From positions 1,536,001 through 1,600,000 of the forward strand of contig CP000068.1 of NCBI GenBank assembly GCA_000002445.1: a stretch of DNA of 64,000 nucleotides. Direction: 5' to 3'. The stretch is from Trypanosoma brucei. Lineage: Eukaryota. The notes below the pieces were generated by a model. It saw nothing but the letters and a program-made list of their open reading frames with translations, was not told the origin of the DNA and made no database searches. Made by a program: the position numbers and the translations under genes. Shown in pieces: positions 35,160 to 47,118 of this stretch. The first letter of the stretch is position 1, and every line of letters starts with the position of its first letter.

Positions 35160-36665
35160 TCAAAAAGCTTTTTTATCTTTTGGAATATCACCTTTTGCTA
35201 AAACAAAATCCTCAGGAGTTTTTGCTAGGCCACACTTATCTGTTGTTGCTCCTGCAGCTCCCTCTTCTGTTCCTGCTGTCTGGGCTGCTTGTTGTTCTAT
35301 CGCTTTTACGGGATCTAATGAGCATTTTTTGTTTATGTCAGTGGTATTCTCGTTCCATTTGCAGGGGGATTTGCAGGTGTTGTTGCTGGTAAGCTTGTTG
35401 CACTCTCCATCGCTGATTTCCATGTTCACAGTTTTGCCTGGCGCAGCTTGCCCGTGGGCCGTCTGTAAGTGGCCTTTGATGATTTTTGCTATTTCCCCTT
35501 CCCTGCTTAATTTTCTGGCCTGTTCGGCAAGTGCTTTGAGCGCTGCTTTCGTGCTTTCTGCTTGCACTATTCTACTTTCCCTGTCTGCAAGGTCGGTTGC
35601 TATGCTGTGCGGTATTGTCAGCCATGGTGTATGGGGTGGTATTGAGCCGTTGTTGTCGGCGTATCCAGTGAATTTGACGCAGCGGCCGCTGCCCTGAGCA
35701 CCTGTGCAGCCGGTTTTGGTTGCCCCAAGGTAGCCGGTACCGCTGTTCGTGGTTATGAGTGCCACGATTTCCTCGATCGCCTGCCTCAGCTCGTTTTCTT
35801 TTAGCTGCCGTGGCGGTATTTTGCCACACAGCTTTGTTATTTTTCCTGTGTTCGATGGTGTGTCTGGGCTGCCGGTTGCCCACCGGTCGGCTTTAGCCAC
35901 CGCCGGTGTGCACACGTAGTCGGCTTGGCTGTCTGTTTCAGGCGCACATACGCAGCTTAGCGCACCCATGAGGGAATTTGTTCGGGTTCCTGAGCTGCCG
36001 GTCGTGCAGGCTGTTTGGCGGTCGCTGCCCGAGCTTGCCCCGTATATGCTTTGGTAGTCCGCCGTGTCGACGTCCTTCGAGCCGTCGCCAGTTACCGCTT
36101 CTGTTAGCTTCTGTTTGAGCGTCTTACCTTTTAGCGAAGGTAGCTGGGCTGGCGCCGCCGGAGATTTTGCTAGTGCGGCCGCCGCGCTTGCCAAGTTTAT
36201 CATACGCGGCCTTATAGTGTCTTTTACGTCTTCAGGCAAGCTTTCAAACGTTATTTTGTCTTCTGCCTTTGTTCGGTCCGCCTTATAAAGACTTCTTATT
36301 GCTTCCTTCCAGTCCAACCAGTATTCTTCCCAGTCATCACCGTGTTGGTCCTTCGGTGGTAGCTCGTCCTGCCAGGCGTTTTTTTCACCTGTTTTCCAGA
36401 ACACTTGCTTCCATGCTTTTGGTGCCAAACTCATATTTAGTTTGATGATGTCTTTGAAGTCTTGGTTTTTTAAGTTCGGTTCCTCTGGAATTGTAAGGTC
36501 AATACGAGCCAGCTTTGTTAATTTGCAGAGACCGTCGAACACTGGTCGGTTTTGGCCACCTTCTATGTTGGTTGCTTTACCAAGTTTGGTAATACTGAGA
36601 ACTATGAATGCTACGGCTATTATGCAGCCATTAACTGTTCGCTTTTGCTCTTGACTTCTCTGCAT
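35160..36665 (-). CDS. VSG: VSG (cassette K). The 501-aa ORF is frameshifted just before the GPI-signal region and is a probable pseudogene.
   Basis: The signal peptide is MQRSQEQKRTVNGCIIAVAFIVLSITKLGKA. The protein includes GQNRPVFDGLCKLTKLA and CKWNENTTDINKKCSLD, and ends DIPKDKKAF followed by a stop. In the next frame downstream the sequence reads LIEGKCKVSSFLNNIFVF, where the canonical sequence would be [20 protein letters not shown]. Confidence 0.85.
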   Translation of the reverse strand: MQRSQEQKRTVNGCIIAVAFIVLSITKLGKATNIEGGQNRPVFDGLCKLTKLARIDLTIPEEPNLKNQDFKDIIKLNMSLAPKAWKQVFWKTGEKNAWQDELPPKDQHGDDWEEYWLDWKEAIRSLYKADRTKAEDKITFESLPEDVKDTIRPRMINLASAAAALAKSPAAPAQLPSLKGKTLKQKLTEAVTGDGSKDVDTADYQSIYGASSGSDRQTACTTGSSGTRTNSLMGALSCVCAPETDSQADYVCTPAVAKADRWATGSPDTPSNTGKITKLCGKIPPRQLKENELRQAIEEIVALITTNSGTGYLGATKTGCTGAQGSGRCVKFTGYADNNGSIPPHTPWLTIPHSIATDLADRESRIVQAESTKAALKALAEQARKLSREGEIAKIIKGHLQTAHGQAAPGKTVNMEISDGECNKLTSNNTCKSPCKWNENTTDINKKCSLDPVKAIEQQAAQTAGTEEGAAGATTDKCGLAKTPEDFVLAKGDIPKDKKAF

Positions 36666-37231
36666 CTGCGGTGCCGTATGCTATTACTAGCCTGCCCCTT
36701 TTTGTAGAGAAACGAGGAACTAGTTGGTTACACATTTTCAATGCCTATGCTTAGTGAAAAAACTGCCGTTCACTGTGGCTTTGTGAAACAGGTTTTTGTG
36801 GGTTGTGCTTTCTTCGTCTTATAAAGTCTAATTAACTTCTGTTTACTGACTTTTATGCATCTATAGGAGAAACATTTAGCCTTGTCGCTCTGACTTTAGT
36901 ATGTTTATATGCCATGAAGATTGCAGCCTTTGAAGGTTTTGTTTAAAAAACTCTTCTTCTGCTCATATAATGCTTATGCTCCACGCATTACTTAAAAAAT
37001 AGTGTGACAAAAAGCGGCATCCCTGTTTCTCCCTTTTCAGTTTCTATTCTTGTAAGAAGAACACTTGGCTTAGCTAAAGACTTTGTAGTTTCATTTCCAA
37101 CCACTGCTATTCCATATATGAAAATATTGTGGCTATCTTCTTTGCAACTATGGGCTCTTACTTGGAAAAAACACACACATTGCTGTACCTCCAATATTCA
37201 AATTATATGTATTTTTATTTTTTGTATCTGC

Positions 37232-37548
37232 TTTTATTATAATATTCGTATATACACACACTCACAACACTCTCCTATTTTTATTATTATTATTATTATT
37301 ATTACTGCTCTTATTATAATATTTGTATATACACACACTCACAACACTCTCCTATTATTATCATTATTATTATTATCATTATTATTATTACTGCTTTTAT
37401 TATAATATTTGTATATACACACACTCACAACACTCTCCTATTTTTATTATTATTATTATTATTATTACTGCTTTTATTATAATATTCGTGTATACACACT
37501 CTCACAACACTTTCCTGTTATTATTATTATTGTCATCATTATTCTTTC
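37232..37548 (-). repeat. 70-bp repeat block, about 4-5 tandem copies
   Basis: The core ataatattcgtatatacacacactcacaacactctcc repeats with variable ATT tracts. Confidence 0.9.
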
Positions 37549-37686
37549 TAAACCATTACAAAAAAATTAGAATAACACTTATTTTAATACGCTTTCACAA
37601 ATACTTTACGCCTACATTATACTTTCATACCAAATTTATATATTTTAAGATTTTTAAAATTTTTTATTGAATTTTTTTACAGAAAA

Positions 37687-37701
37687 TGTTAAAATATATC
37701 A
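37687..37701 (-). promoter_or_regulatory. VSG 3'UTR 16-mer (15/16)
   Basis: The plus strand reads atgttaaaatatatca. Confidence 0.75.
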
Positions 37702-37789
37702 AACTTTAGAAAATATTTTTAAAATTTTCTCAAAATAACAAAATGTTGCAAATTTAGAATATCAAGACGATAAAATTAAAAATTCCACT

Positions 37790-38050
37790 AAACTCACAAA
37801 AGCAGCAACGATACTCGGAGCTAATTTCCTATTGACAAGGATACTGAAAGAGAGTCACTCAGGTTTGGGAAGTTTGCCTTCTTTGTCTGTGAAAGTTATC
37901 CAACCACATTTACAAGGGGCACAAGCTGGCAGTCCTTCATTCTTGTTTTTCACCAGATGTCTGATCCTGGTGGCTAGAGAAATTAGTTTGCAAGTCTTTC
38001 CCTCACGATTCTTGGCTTGCCTTTTCTAGTTCTTGTGTCAACTCCTTTTT
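37790..38050 (-). pseudogene. VSG: orphan VSG 3' fragment: a C-terminal domain or GPI-signal remnant with its own 3'UTR 16-mer and no N-domain
   Basis: The minus strand encodes a VNRKLAPSIVAAFVSL-like tail upstream of the 16-mer at 37687. Hydrophobic or Cys-rich coding potential continues only to about 38050, then generic sequence runs to the next 16-mer at 38540. Confidence 0.5.
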
Positions 38051-38539
38051 CAACTCACATTTGTCTCTGACACCGTTAAAAACACACCTCTGACAGTTGA
38101 ACGGCTTTAGACGTCTGGTGCCAGCGACAGATTGTGCCACTGAGGGTTAATTGCTTATTGTTATAATCTGCTGGTGACAAATGTTTCCCTATTTCCTTAA
38201 TTTTCCCTTTAAAAGCAAATCGGTTTGCGCACCGAAATTGCCGCGCGCCAGCTTTAAAAAAAACAGCGTGCAGCCCCTTAGTCTACGCACCAGAGTTTTT
38301 TTAAAAAACAAATTAAGCACCACTTCACGTGCGGAAGGCAAATAAGCGTTAGGGTCCGCGTCAAGAAAGAGCCGCTGCATTACATTAAAAACATGGAAAA
38401 CTATAAAACAAACCAAAAAAAAAGAAAAATTAAAACCTTAAAAAACTCAATAGATAAAAGGGGAATTTTTGAGCCATCAACAAAAAATTTACAGAATCAG
38501 AATTTTTACAAACAAACGAAAACTCTCCGCTGAATTTAG

Positions 38540-38555
38540 GTGTTAAAATATATCA
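38540..38555 (-). promoter_or_regulatory. VSG 3'UTR 16-mer (perfect)
   Basis: The plus strand reads gtgttaaaatatatca. Confidence 0.85.
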
Positions 38556-38769
38556 AACAGCAAATGTTTTACGTATAGGGGAAATTCTTTTAGAAAACCA
38601 TGGCCACAAATGCAGCAGAAACCACGCTGAGGGCGAATTGTTTGTTTACTAGAATAGAGGAATCTTTGCATTTTTCTTCAATCCAGCCGCAATTGGCTTT
38701 TTCACCCGGTTTCTGACCCTCGTTTTCCTTTTCACAGTTTGCTTTATCTTTGTGCTTTTTGCACCTATC

Positions 38770-40170
38770 TTATGGTGTTGATGTCTCTCCAGTTTGACTT
38801 TGTGTTACAGGGGCGCCATTTGCTGTGGCTTTTGTTGCATTATATTTGCACCTTTTTGTACCATCGCTTTCTTTTTCATAACTGCATTCATTTTCTTTGT
38901 TGCATATCTCTTCCGTAACTATTTGATTGCATTTGTTAGTCGGCTGAGTCCCCTGGTCGCCTTTGCGGTTGACATTGTCGCTGCTCGTCTGACCGGCTGT
39001 TGGAGGTGCGGTCTTCTGTAGCAGTGCTGCCGCATAGGCTTTATTTTTGGCCACAGCAAGTTGCTGTTCGAGTGCCGTCGCTTCTGCGATTGCTTTTTCT
39101 TGCTGGCGCAGATCGTCGTGGAGAGCTAGCAACTTCTGGGCCCAGGGGATCGCCGCAAAAGCCTTGGTGGGCGTCCCGTCATAGCCAGCGTACTTTATGC
39201 ATATTCCTTGTGTTTTGTCGCCGTTGCAGCTGCTTCCTGTTTTGAGAGCCCCCATGTAGGCGTCGCCGCCTACTCTTCTTATTAGGTTTTTGATCTTGGT
39301 TATGAGACCCATTAATAGGCTGGATGTTAGGTGCGTTTTTGCTGGGCCGGCGCAGTGCTTTACTATTTCCTCGAATCCGTCCTTGGTCATGGCGTTGGTG
39401 CTCGATGTCCACTTGTGAGTATCTGCCTGGTTTCTTGCGCACACTTTTTCTGCTTGGGCGTTGTCTTGGCCGCAGATACAGTAAATAGCGCCTGCGATTG
39501 TTGTTGTTTTAGCTTCGCTGCCTAGCCCGACGCATATCGCTTCCCTTGCTTGTGTGTTCAGACCGTCATAGTTTCTCGTTGGCTCAAAGTCTGGTGTCTC
39601 CTCTTGTTTGACCCCGTATATAGCTTCGTTTAGCGCTGCTTTAATGGTTTCCGGTGTGTGCTTTTTTCCTAAGCTTTGTTTGTTGGCGATCCGCGTCGCT
39701 AGGAATTGTGCTTCTGCTGCTATTTGTGCTACACTTACTTTGGCCCCTGCCTTTTCTATTGGGTTTAAGGTTTCAAAGCCGCTGTTTTTTATCTCTAGTG
39801 TCGTCCCTTCCGCTCCTAGTTTTTCTGCTGCGGCGGCCCACTTTGGCCAACTTTTTTTCCAGTAGCCAGGGTCTGTTGTGCCTGCCGGAAGCTCTTTTAT
39901 CCACTCTTTTTTCGCCCCGTCCTTACTGAACCGCTTCTTCCACGACTCATCTGCTAAGCTCATGTTAAGGGCTAGAACGGCCCCTTCTAGGGCAGCTGTC
40001 TGATCCGGAAACTGGTTAATGGTTATGTCCGATCGTGAAATATCGACAATAGCGCACAATGCACCAAATTCCTGCTCGTTTGCTCCTGCCGGTATGTTGC
40101 CTCTTGCTTGCTCTGCCGTTAGTGCTAAGGCCAGCAGCGCCGTCACTGCCACCGTCGCTTTGGGCGTCAT
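38770..40170 (-). CDS. VSG: VSG (cassette L). The 466-aa ORF has one frameshift near 38780, and the canonical C-terminus with an intact GPI signal ends about 38592.
   Basis: The signal peptide is MTPKATVAVTALLALALTAEQARG. The ORF ends GETSTP followed by a stop. The adjacent frame continues [58 protein letters not shown] followed by a stop. Confidence 0.85.
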   Translation of the reverse strand: MTPKATVAVTALLALALTAEQARGNIPAGANEQEFGALCAIVDISRSDITINQFPDQTAALEGAVLALNMSLADESWKKRFSKDGAKKEWIKELPAGTTDPGYWKKSWPKWAAAAEKLGAEGTTLEIKNSGFETLNPIEKAGAKVSVAQIAAEAQFLATRIANKQSLGKKHTPETIKAALNEAIYGVKQEETPDFEPTRNYDGLNTQAREAICVGLGSEAKTTTIAGAIYCICGQDNAQAEKVCARNQADTHKWTSSTNAMTKDGFEEIVKHCAGPAKTHLTSSLLMGLITKIKNLIRRVGGDAYMGALKTGSSCNGDKTQGICIKYAGYDGTPTKAFAAIPWAQKLLALHDDLRQQEKAIAEATALEQQLAVAKNKAYAAALLQKTAPPTAGQTSSDNVNRKGDQGTQPTNKCNQIVTEEICNKENECSYEKESDGTKRCKYNATKATANGAPVTQSQTGETSTP

Positions 40171-41151
40171 TTAGGCTTTTGTTTTTTTGTTTTACCTACT
40201 TTAAAATTGTCCCCGGCGTAGTTGTTCGCCGCTATACTTGGTTAAAAGTTGTTTACTGCCGCTTGCAGGTGCTTTCGCCGGGACTTTCTTGTACAATCTA
40301 CGAAACACAGAAGAAAAGCAATTATGATTGGTCGTGTTTGTAGCTACAAGCCCTATTTAGAGCATCTTGTTCCAAAGCCGTATGAAGTTGTTGGTCTGCC
40401 ATGTCAAATGGCATTTTGGTATCTGCTTAGCTGAAGTTAGTGGCTCGCGTGGTGTTGTCGTCTATGGTCTGGTCGTTGCCGTCCGCCGCGGTGTTAAGGT
40501 GTGTGTGCGGTCCTGCTACGGTGTCTTGTGTTGTTACTTGTATGCACTCGTTTCGAAATGACGATAAATAGTCGGTGGTTACGTTCCTTCTTATTTTAGT
40601 AGTTGTTACTGTCCTTGGGTTTGTGTCTGACACAGTCAGAAAACATCTTTGTCACCTTTTCCCCATCTACAATGTTCCATTCTCATACCATTAAAAAAAA
40701 CCACATTCAATCTATCTGTCGCCACAGACTTAGTCTTGTCGATTAAGATAGGAACTTACCATAAATTTAAAACCCCATTCGGAACAATTATTGATAGAGT
40801 AGCACATATTCATTTTTGTGGGAAATGTGGTGTAAAATCTCCTCTTCCTATATCATTTTTTACGTGATGAGCTACTACGTATTCTGTAGTTTTCCTCTGT
40901 ATTTTCTTCCCCCTTTTTCAATCTCTGTCGCTACTTGTACGAATGACATAAAAAAATTATTTAGACTGTTTACTGCATTCTGTCTATCCATATTGGCCAA
41001 TCAATTATCTTCTCGTATAATGATTCCCATTGTCACGCTCATTTATGTAAATACTCACGTTCCATCTTCCTCATTATTTAACTTATGTTACACTATGCCC
41101 ATTGTTTTAAGTTCTTGTATTTTTTCATCCACTTTGTTTTCAATTCTATAG

Positions 41152-41215
41152 TCATTATAATATTATTATATACACACTCCAAAAACTCCCCTATTATTAT
41201 CATCACCTTTATTAC
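41152..41215 (-). repeat. 70-bp repeat, about 1 copy
   Basis: The plus strand reads tataatattattatatacacactccaaaaactcccctattattatcatc. Confidence 0.75.
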
Positions 41216-41507
41216 TATAAATTATAACCGTACCAAGTATCCATAAAGTAAACAAAATAAAGCAAATTGAAAAATTTCCTAGTGACACCAATTTTTCATA
41301 CGTTATCACCCTACAAAGTTTTATCCATAGACCACAGTCATACAAAAAATTAAAAATTTTCAAATTCTCTATATTTACACATTTTATCAAAAAGTTTTAG
41401 AATGTATCAAATCGTATTAAATTTATTTTTTTTTATCATAATAGCAAAATTTTGTAAATTTCACAAAATGGAACAAAAACCTTTTACCAACAATTCTTAA
41501 AATTTGA

Positions 41508-42913
41508 TTATTTAATAAAAACTGCAAGCAAAAGAGGGGCCTTGTGAATGACAAATGAATTGCTTCCTGTGGTGTTTGTGTTGGTTTTCTCATCTTTCCC
41601 TCCTGTTTCTTGGTTTTCTCCCTCTCCTTTCTTTGTTGGTTTGCAAACTCCGTCTACCAGAACGCAATCGCCTTTGCAATCATCTCCTGTTTTGTCACTG
41701 CATCCTTGGACGCCTTTGAGAGTCGGTTCGCCGCTCGCTTGTGGGTCTGTTTCTATCGCCAGTCTTTTGAGTGTCACCCTTGCTAAAGCGTCAGCAAGGT
41801 CGGTGAAAGTTTCTACGCTTGTCAGCGGCTCTGTCTTTTTTTTGCCGTCGGCGGAGATTTCGGTTTGTTTATTGCCTGGGGTCTCATACACTACTTTGTT
41901 GAAGTTTTTGCCGCCTTCGCCGTATGCTGTGGTGAGCGCCTTCTCTAAGGTTTCGGCCGGGCTTGTCTTCTTTTTTTCGTTGCCCTGTTTTTGCAATAGG
42001 GTCTTTATTGCTAGCCGCTTGAACAGTCCTGTTCCTGCTATGGTACTGTAGTCTGTAATCTTTGCTGCACACGCTGTTGTCGGGTCCGCTTCTTTTAGTT
42101 CTTTGAGAGCGTTGTTTAGGTTTGTTATATTATCATCAAGAAGCGCAACTTCTTTGCCAAAATCCGCGCTCGTGGTATATGTGTTTGAACGCCAGGCGGC
42201 TGTGGTGTCTGGGACGTCGCCGGTTGTGTGCGCCAAGTCCAGTTGGATCCAGCCGTTCGCTGCTACTGTGGCGCTGTGGCATGTGCTGCCTCCACTGTTT
42301 GTCGAGCACTTTAGCGACATTTTTGTTTTTAGTGCAAATGGTGGCAGATCCGGCTCCGTGGCCGCTGTTTCTGCCGTTAGCGCTGCCGCTTTTTCACCTC
42401 CGCTTGGTGCTTTGCATTTACTCGGTTGTACCTTGCCGAGTGTTTTTGTCGTGAACGATGTTTCTTTAAAGTAGCCACTGCCGTCCGCTGTCAGCTTCAG
42501 TTGAGAAGCCGCTTTCACAAAATGTTGCATTATGGAGTAAGTTTTTTCGACCTTGGCGGCGATCCGTGCTTCCGTGTCAAATTTTTTTGGGCGTCGTCCA
42601 GTTTTGCCTTGCATTGATCCAAGATGTCTCCGGCTGCCCCTATTACTGGCACCGCTGCTTTAGAAAAAGACCTGTCACCGTTTAACGTTGCTATTTGAAG
42701 TTTTAACAGTTGTTTCAAATTATATTCTGAATTCTTCCGTGCGTTTGCTATGTGTATGTCGTAGTATTTTATTATTTTTTCCAGTCGTTCTTTGCAATCG
42801 CATGGAGTTGAGCAGGCAGCGTTTGTTTTCGCTTCGTTTGCGGTTACCTGTACTAGTGTTATCAATATCCATAGGGACACCTCGCCTTTATTGATGTTTT
42901 TCTTCACTTTCAT
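41508..42913 (-). pseudogene. VSG: VSG (cassette M) with one frameshift near 42530-42614 and a GPI tail that deviates at its last codons
   Basis: The N-terminal ORF at 42530-42913 reads MKVKKNINKGEVSLWILITLVQVTANEA. The main ORF at 41508-42614 ends ETGGKDEKTNTNTTGSNSFVIHKAPLLLAVFIK followed by a stop. Confidence 0.8.
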
Positions 42914-44042
42914 TGTTCTCGCTATATTTTAGTCTATGCCTGCTATTTTATCCTGTAGGTGTAATCTGCATAGTTTTTTTGTAGTGAAAGGACACATTTT
43001 AGTTGGTCTCCAGGATGTACGTTACACGCCTACTGTTAGTGTTACCTCGTCGCTGTCGCAACAGATTATACTTTTCGACATCGGTATGAATCTTGTGCTG
43101 TGCTGGGCTGGTCTACTGTACACTGCCTCTCCTTTTGCCGTCGGACAGGTCCTTCTGGCACAAAAAGGGCAGAAGGGAACCCCCATTTTGTTCCAGTTCA
43201 ACGCCACATTGATCAGCTATTGAACTCCTGTTGTTGTAGCAGTCTGCCGCCGGTGACTCAGCTGGTTGAAGCAGTGGCTACCATATCTGCTGTTCTTTAT
43301 TCTAGGTTTTGCCTTTTCCAAGCTGTTCGACAATAAGTTGTGCGGAAATGAAGAGCTTTCACTGCGAGTAACAGAACCATTAGGACAATTGCCTTGATGA
43401 ACCTCTAGAATGTCTCGTTTGACTGTGTGTAGTATGCTCACTGAATTACATTCCTTTGAACGTTGCCGCACTTCAATTCCTAATTTATGCAGTTTAATAA
43501 AATTATTACCAACTTATCAGCATAATCTATTAAAATCCTCTAGTTATGCCAGCGTTCACACAGAAAATAAATGCATGACGCTTCTACATAAATATTGCTG
43601 ATTTTTGTCACTAATGTATAGCGGAAGGTCCACCATCAAAAAAAGCTACAGTAGACGTCATCATTTCTGCAGTATAATTTATTCTTTTTCCGTTAAATAC
43701 GTGGCATAACTGGCTCCTTTTATATCATTTCCTCCTGTTACTCACTGTATTTTTGGGTGCTCTTTCATTTAATTTTGGATTTTTCTCCCTTGTCTTATTC
43801 TTTTGAATATGCAGATCATATAGCGAGTCAATCTATCCAGGGCACTGCATTACGTCTTTTCAGAATGTTCTCTCTGTCATCTCTTTGTATATAATGATGT
43901 CTATTGCCATTTCTGTGGTTGAAGCTGCGCATATTACACCACCACTTTCTCCTTATTGTCTATCAATCCTACTCACTCTCATTGCACCATTTCCATTTAT
44001 TTAACTTTTACTATTTCGACAGTGCGTTTAGCATTTAGCATA

Positions 44043-44262
44043 ACTCTTATTATAATATTAGTATATACACACTCACAACACTCTTCTATTATTATTATCA
44101 TAATTATTATCATTACTTCTCTTATCATAATATTCGTATATACACACTCACAACACTCTTCTATTATTATTATCATAATTATTATCATTACTTCTCTTAT
44201 CATAATATTCGTATATACACACTCACAACACACTCTCCTATCATTATTATAATTATTACACC
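44043..44262 (-). repeat. 70-bp repeat block, 3 copies
   Basis: The unit tataatattcgtatatacacactcacaacactcttctattattattatcataattattatcattacttctct repeats. Confidence 0.9.
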
Positions 44263-44609
44263 AATAATCAACTTTAATACCAAATATGTTAATTTTACTT
44301 GAATTAAAAACTTTAAAATATGCATATTTCTTTCAAAAGTGTTAAAATAGGTCAAATTTTATAAATTTTTATAAAATTCTTAAAAAGCTACCAAAGTCAC
44401 AAAGCAACACCAATTAGAGCCAATTTCTTATCCAAATCAAAACAGGAACCTTTGCATTTTTCTTCTATCCAGCCGCAAACAGATTTCTCATCTGCTTTGA
44501 CATTCTTGTTTTCTGCCTCACAAGCCTCTTTTTTCGTGTGATCGTAACACTTTTTACCAGTCTGGGTCCCTCCTGTTCCTGCTTGTGTTGCTTGTTGTGC
44601 TGCTGCTGT
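44150..44609. repeat. segmental identity, copy 1 (also at 47278-47754): last 70-bp repeat plus 3'UTR plus the 3' about 210 bp of VSG coding
   Basis: The sequence is identical at every position compared (about 460 bp); the final 16 bp of the original span were not supported by the comparison. The ORF tail of 44397-45953 (NTTAAAQQATQAGTGG to LALIGVAL) is identical to ORF 47524-47745. Confidence 0.85.
44339..44354 (-). promoter_or_regulatory. VSG 3'UTR 16-mer variant (14/16)
   Basis: The plus strand reads gtgttaaaataggtca. Confidence 0.6.
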
Positions 44610-45953
44610 CGTATTCAATTCGCAGTGTTTTCCTGTTTCATCAGTTTCTTTCGTCCATTTGCAGTTTCCATTCTTTCTGCATTCTGTTGCTTTTTCTATT
44701 ACTGCGCAGTTTTTAGTTACTTTTTCTGTTTCAGGTGCGGTCTTGTCGTGTTTTGCCGTTTCTATTTGCTGCGGCCGCTCGGTGTACAGCAGTGCTTGCA
44801 CTAGTTGCTTTTTAGCTTTCAGTTGCCTTGCGGCCTCCTTTCTTATTTGCACTGCTTGCTCGTGTTTGCGCAGTTGGCTTGCTATCTCAGAGAGTCCGCT
44901 GAGCCACGGGATGTCCGTCACTTTCGCCGTGCCGTCCGTGCCGAGGTCAGTGTACTTGACACACATGCCGCCCCCTTGGAGGCCTGTGCATGTGCCGGCG
45001 ATGGTTTTTCCTAGTGTTGCTTGACCGCTTTTCCTTGCTATCAATCCAGTGACTGCCGCTAACCGCGATTCTAGCGAAGCGGCTGATAGTTTATGTTTGG
45101 TTTTGAGATCGCAGAGCTTTACAGCTTGTGAGATTACTGTTGCCGGTGGTGCAGAAGCGGCGTTCCAGTCAGTTGTCAGTCCTGTTGTGTGTTCACAGGC
45201 TTTTTGTTCGCTGCCGGCTTTAGATTGGTCTGCTGTGCAGATGCAAATCAGGGCCGCCGTTACTGTTTTAGCAGCGTTGGTTTGTGTCGTGCCGTCGCAA
45301 TATCCGGCCCTGTTGCTCGCTGTTGGCGATGTAAACAGCTTTGTTGCGGCAGCGGGTGGTTCGGCGTCTGGGTTTCCGCCGTAGATTTGCTCGTTTAGTA
45401 GTGTTTTCAGCTTTTCGTCATTTAGCAGATGCGTTTCGGGCGCATCGGCTGTCGCTAGCGACTCTATCGCTTCGGCCTCGGCTGTTATCCTGGCGACTGC
45501 CGCCCGAATTGACACACGCTGCTCCTGCGTCATTGCTTGTAGCTTGTGTTTTGTCAAAGCTTCTTTCTGTCCGTCTGCTTTTAATAGCGACTCAGCTGCG
45601 GTTTTCCATTTTGGCCACCTTCCGGGCCAGTCTTTGTGCTCCCTGAATTCTGCTTCCGGAAAGTCTCGCGGCTTCTCCCTGGCATCGGTTTGCCGGAAAA
45701 TGTCAAGCCAGCTGCTATCTGCCAGCGACATATTTAGCTCTAGTAGATCTGCCATGTCTTTACCGAGTTGTGAGTCGCTCGACTCCAGAGCTGCGCGCCC
45801 ATTTGCTAATTCGATTAAGCCGCAGAGGGCTCCTCTCTCCCGCACATTGTCGTCTGCTGCTATGTTTCCGCGCGCGGTCTGTGTCGTTAGAACTATAGCA
45901 ATAACTATCGCCACTTGTAGATGACTGCCGTGTCTTTGTGGCAGTGGCGGCAT
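44397..45953 (-). CDS. VSG: VSG (cassette N), an uninterrupted 518-aa ORF whose C-terminal hydrophobic tail is short or truncated
   Basis: The signal peptide is MPPLPQRHGSHLQVAIVIAIVLTTQTARG. The protein includes CKWTKETDETGKHCELNTT and [26 protein letters not shown] followed by a stop. Only about 8 hydrophobic residues follow the presumed omega region, where the canonical tail is [15 protein letters not shown]. Confidence 0.8.
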   Translation of the reverse strand: MPPLPQRHGSHLQVAIVIAIVLTTQTARGNIAADDNVRERGALCGLIELANGRAALESSDSQLGKDMADLLELNMSLADSSWLDIFRQTDAREKPRDFPEAEFREHKDWPGRWPKWKTAAESLLKADGQKEALTKHKLQAMTQEQRVSIRAAVARITAEAEAIESLATADAPETHLLNDEKLKTLLNEQIYGGNPDAEPPAAATKLFTSPTASNRAGYCDGTTQTNAAKTVTAALICICTADQSKAGSEQKACEHTTGLTTDWNAASAPPATVISQAVKLCDLKTKHKLSAASLESRLAAVTGLIARKSGQATLGKTIAGTCTGLQGGGMCVKYTDLGTDGTAKVTDIPWLSGLSEIASQLRKHEQAVQIRKEAARQLKAKKQLVQALLYTERPQQIETAKHDKTAPETEKVTKNCAVIEKATECRKNGNCKWTKETDETGKHCELNTTAAAQQATQAGTGGTQTGKKCYDHTKKEACEAENKNVKADEKSVCGWIEEKCKGSCFDLDKKLALIGVAL

Positions 45954-47118
45954 TACGACGTTTACTAGTTTCTTCTTTTTAAAGGATGTGCGTTGAAGCT
46001 GAGGCGTTGGTTTTTTTTGTTACAGTTTGGTGGTATAGAAGATTGATATTTGGTGTTCACTGCCTTGCCGACTTTTTTGAGCAGCCAAAGCTAGAGATAT
46101 TTTGTTTAAGGCTGAATCGGTAACGGTTATAAAATGGAAGTGCTTATCTTTTGTGCTCGTTTAGTAAGATTATGTTTCCGCCTTATAGAAGATGTATGTG
46201 AGCTTCTATGGGAAATCTCCATAAGTTAAAAACTAATTGAGCTTTTGGTATCTTTTTTGCATTTACAGCAGGCACGCATCCTTTGAACACTGGATTTACA
46301 AAATTACGCTCAAAAACGACCTAAATATTGGTTTTAGCTATATTTTAACTCTTAATTCTAATATACGGCGCTCTATATCTGTAACTATTGCATCTTTCCT
46401 TCACATTCCCAATTCCCTGCCTGTCTACTTTTAAAAAACGTTAGATGGGTCTGTAAACGTAAAAAAATTGGAATTTATGATTGTCACTTTCTTCTATCAA
46501 CTTTTTCCTCCTATGTTTTCCCTGAGCTTCGAAGCACAAGATAACACTGTTGCTTCTCGCACACGTGGCCCCTCTTTTCCTCTTTTTTTGGAGTGGTGAT
46601 ACTGAGTTCCTCAGATTTTCGAAATTGGAAATTTCTGTGCAGACGTATGCTGCTAATCTTGGTCTGTCGGTTACCATTATATGATTTACGCTTGGTTTAA
46701 ATTGCTTTATCGCCGGTCCGTATATCAACACGGATTTTTTTGCTATCGCCATTAATTTTCTTTACTTTATAGAAATAGTCTGCGGTTGCATCTGCGTGTA
46801 TTATTGTTCACTCATTGCTGTTGCTAGCCGGGGGTTCGGTCAGCCGTCTACGCCTCAGTATTCGCCATGCACGCCGCGCTATATGCATTGCTTGTGCCGC
46901 TTCTATATGGTTCGTCGGTGTCTGGTTTTGTCTTGATACGTGTGGCGCCCCTTTTTGGCTGCCCTCGCTTGAAAATACGTATAAGCCAGTCGTTGCTGGC
47001 CAGCATCTTTTTCAACAATACACTTTTTGAATCCTTTCCTTCTATTATACTGCCGACACTGGTTGTACTCCTGTCGCTTGTCGCGTTCAAGCGACAACAA
47101 TCATCTTTGTAACGTTTT

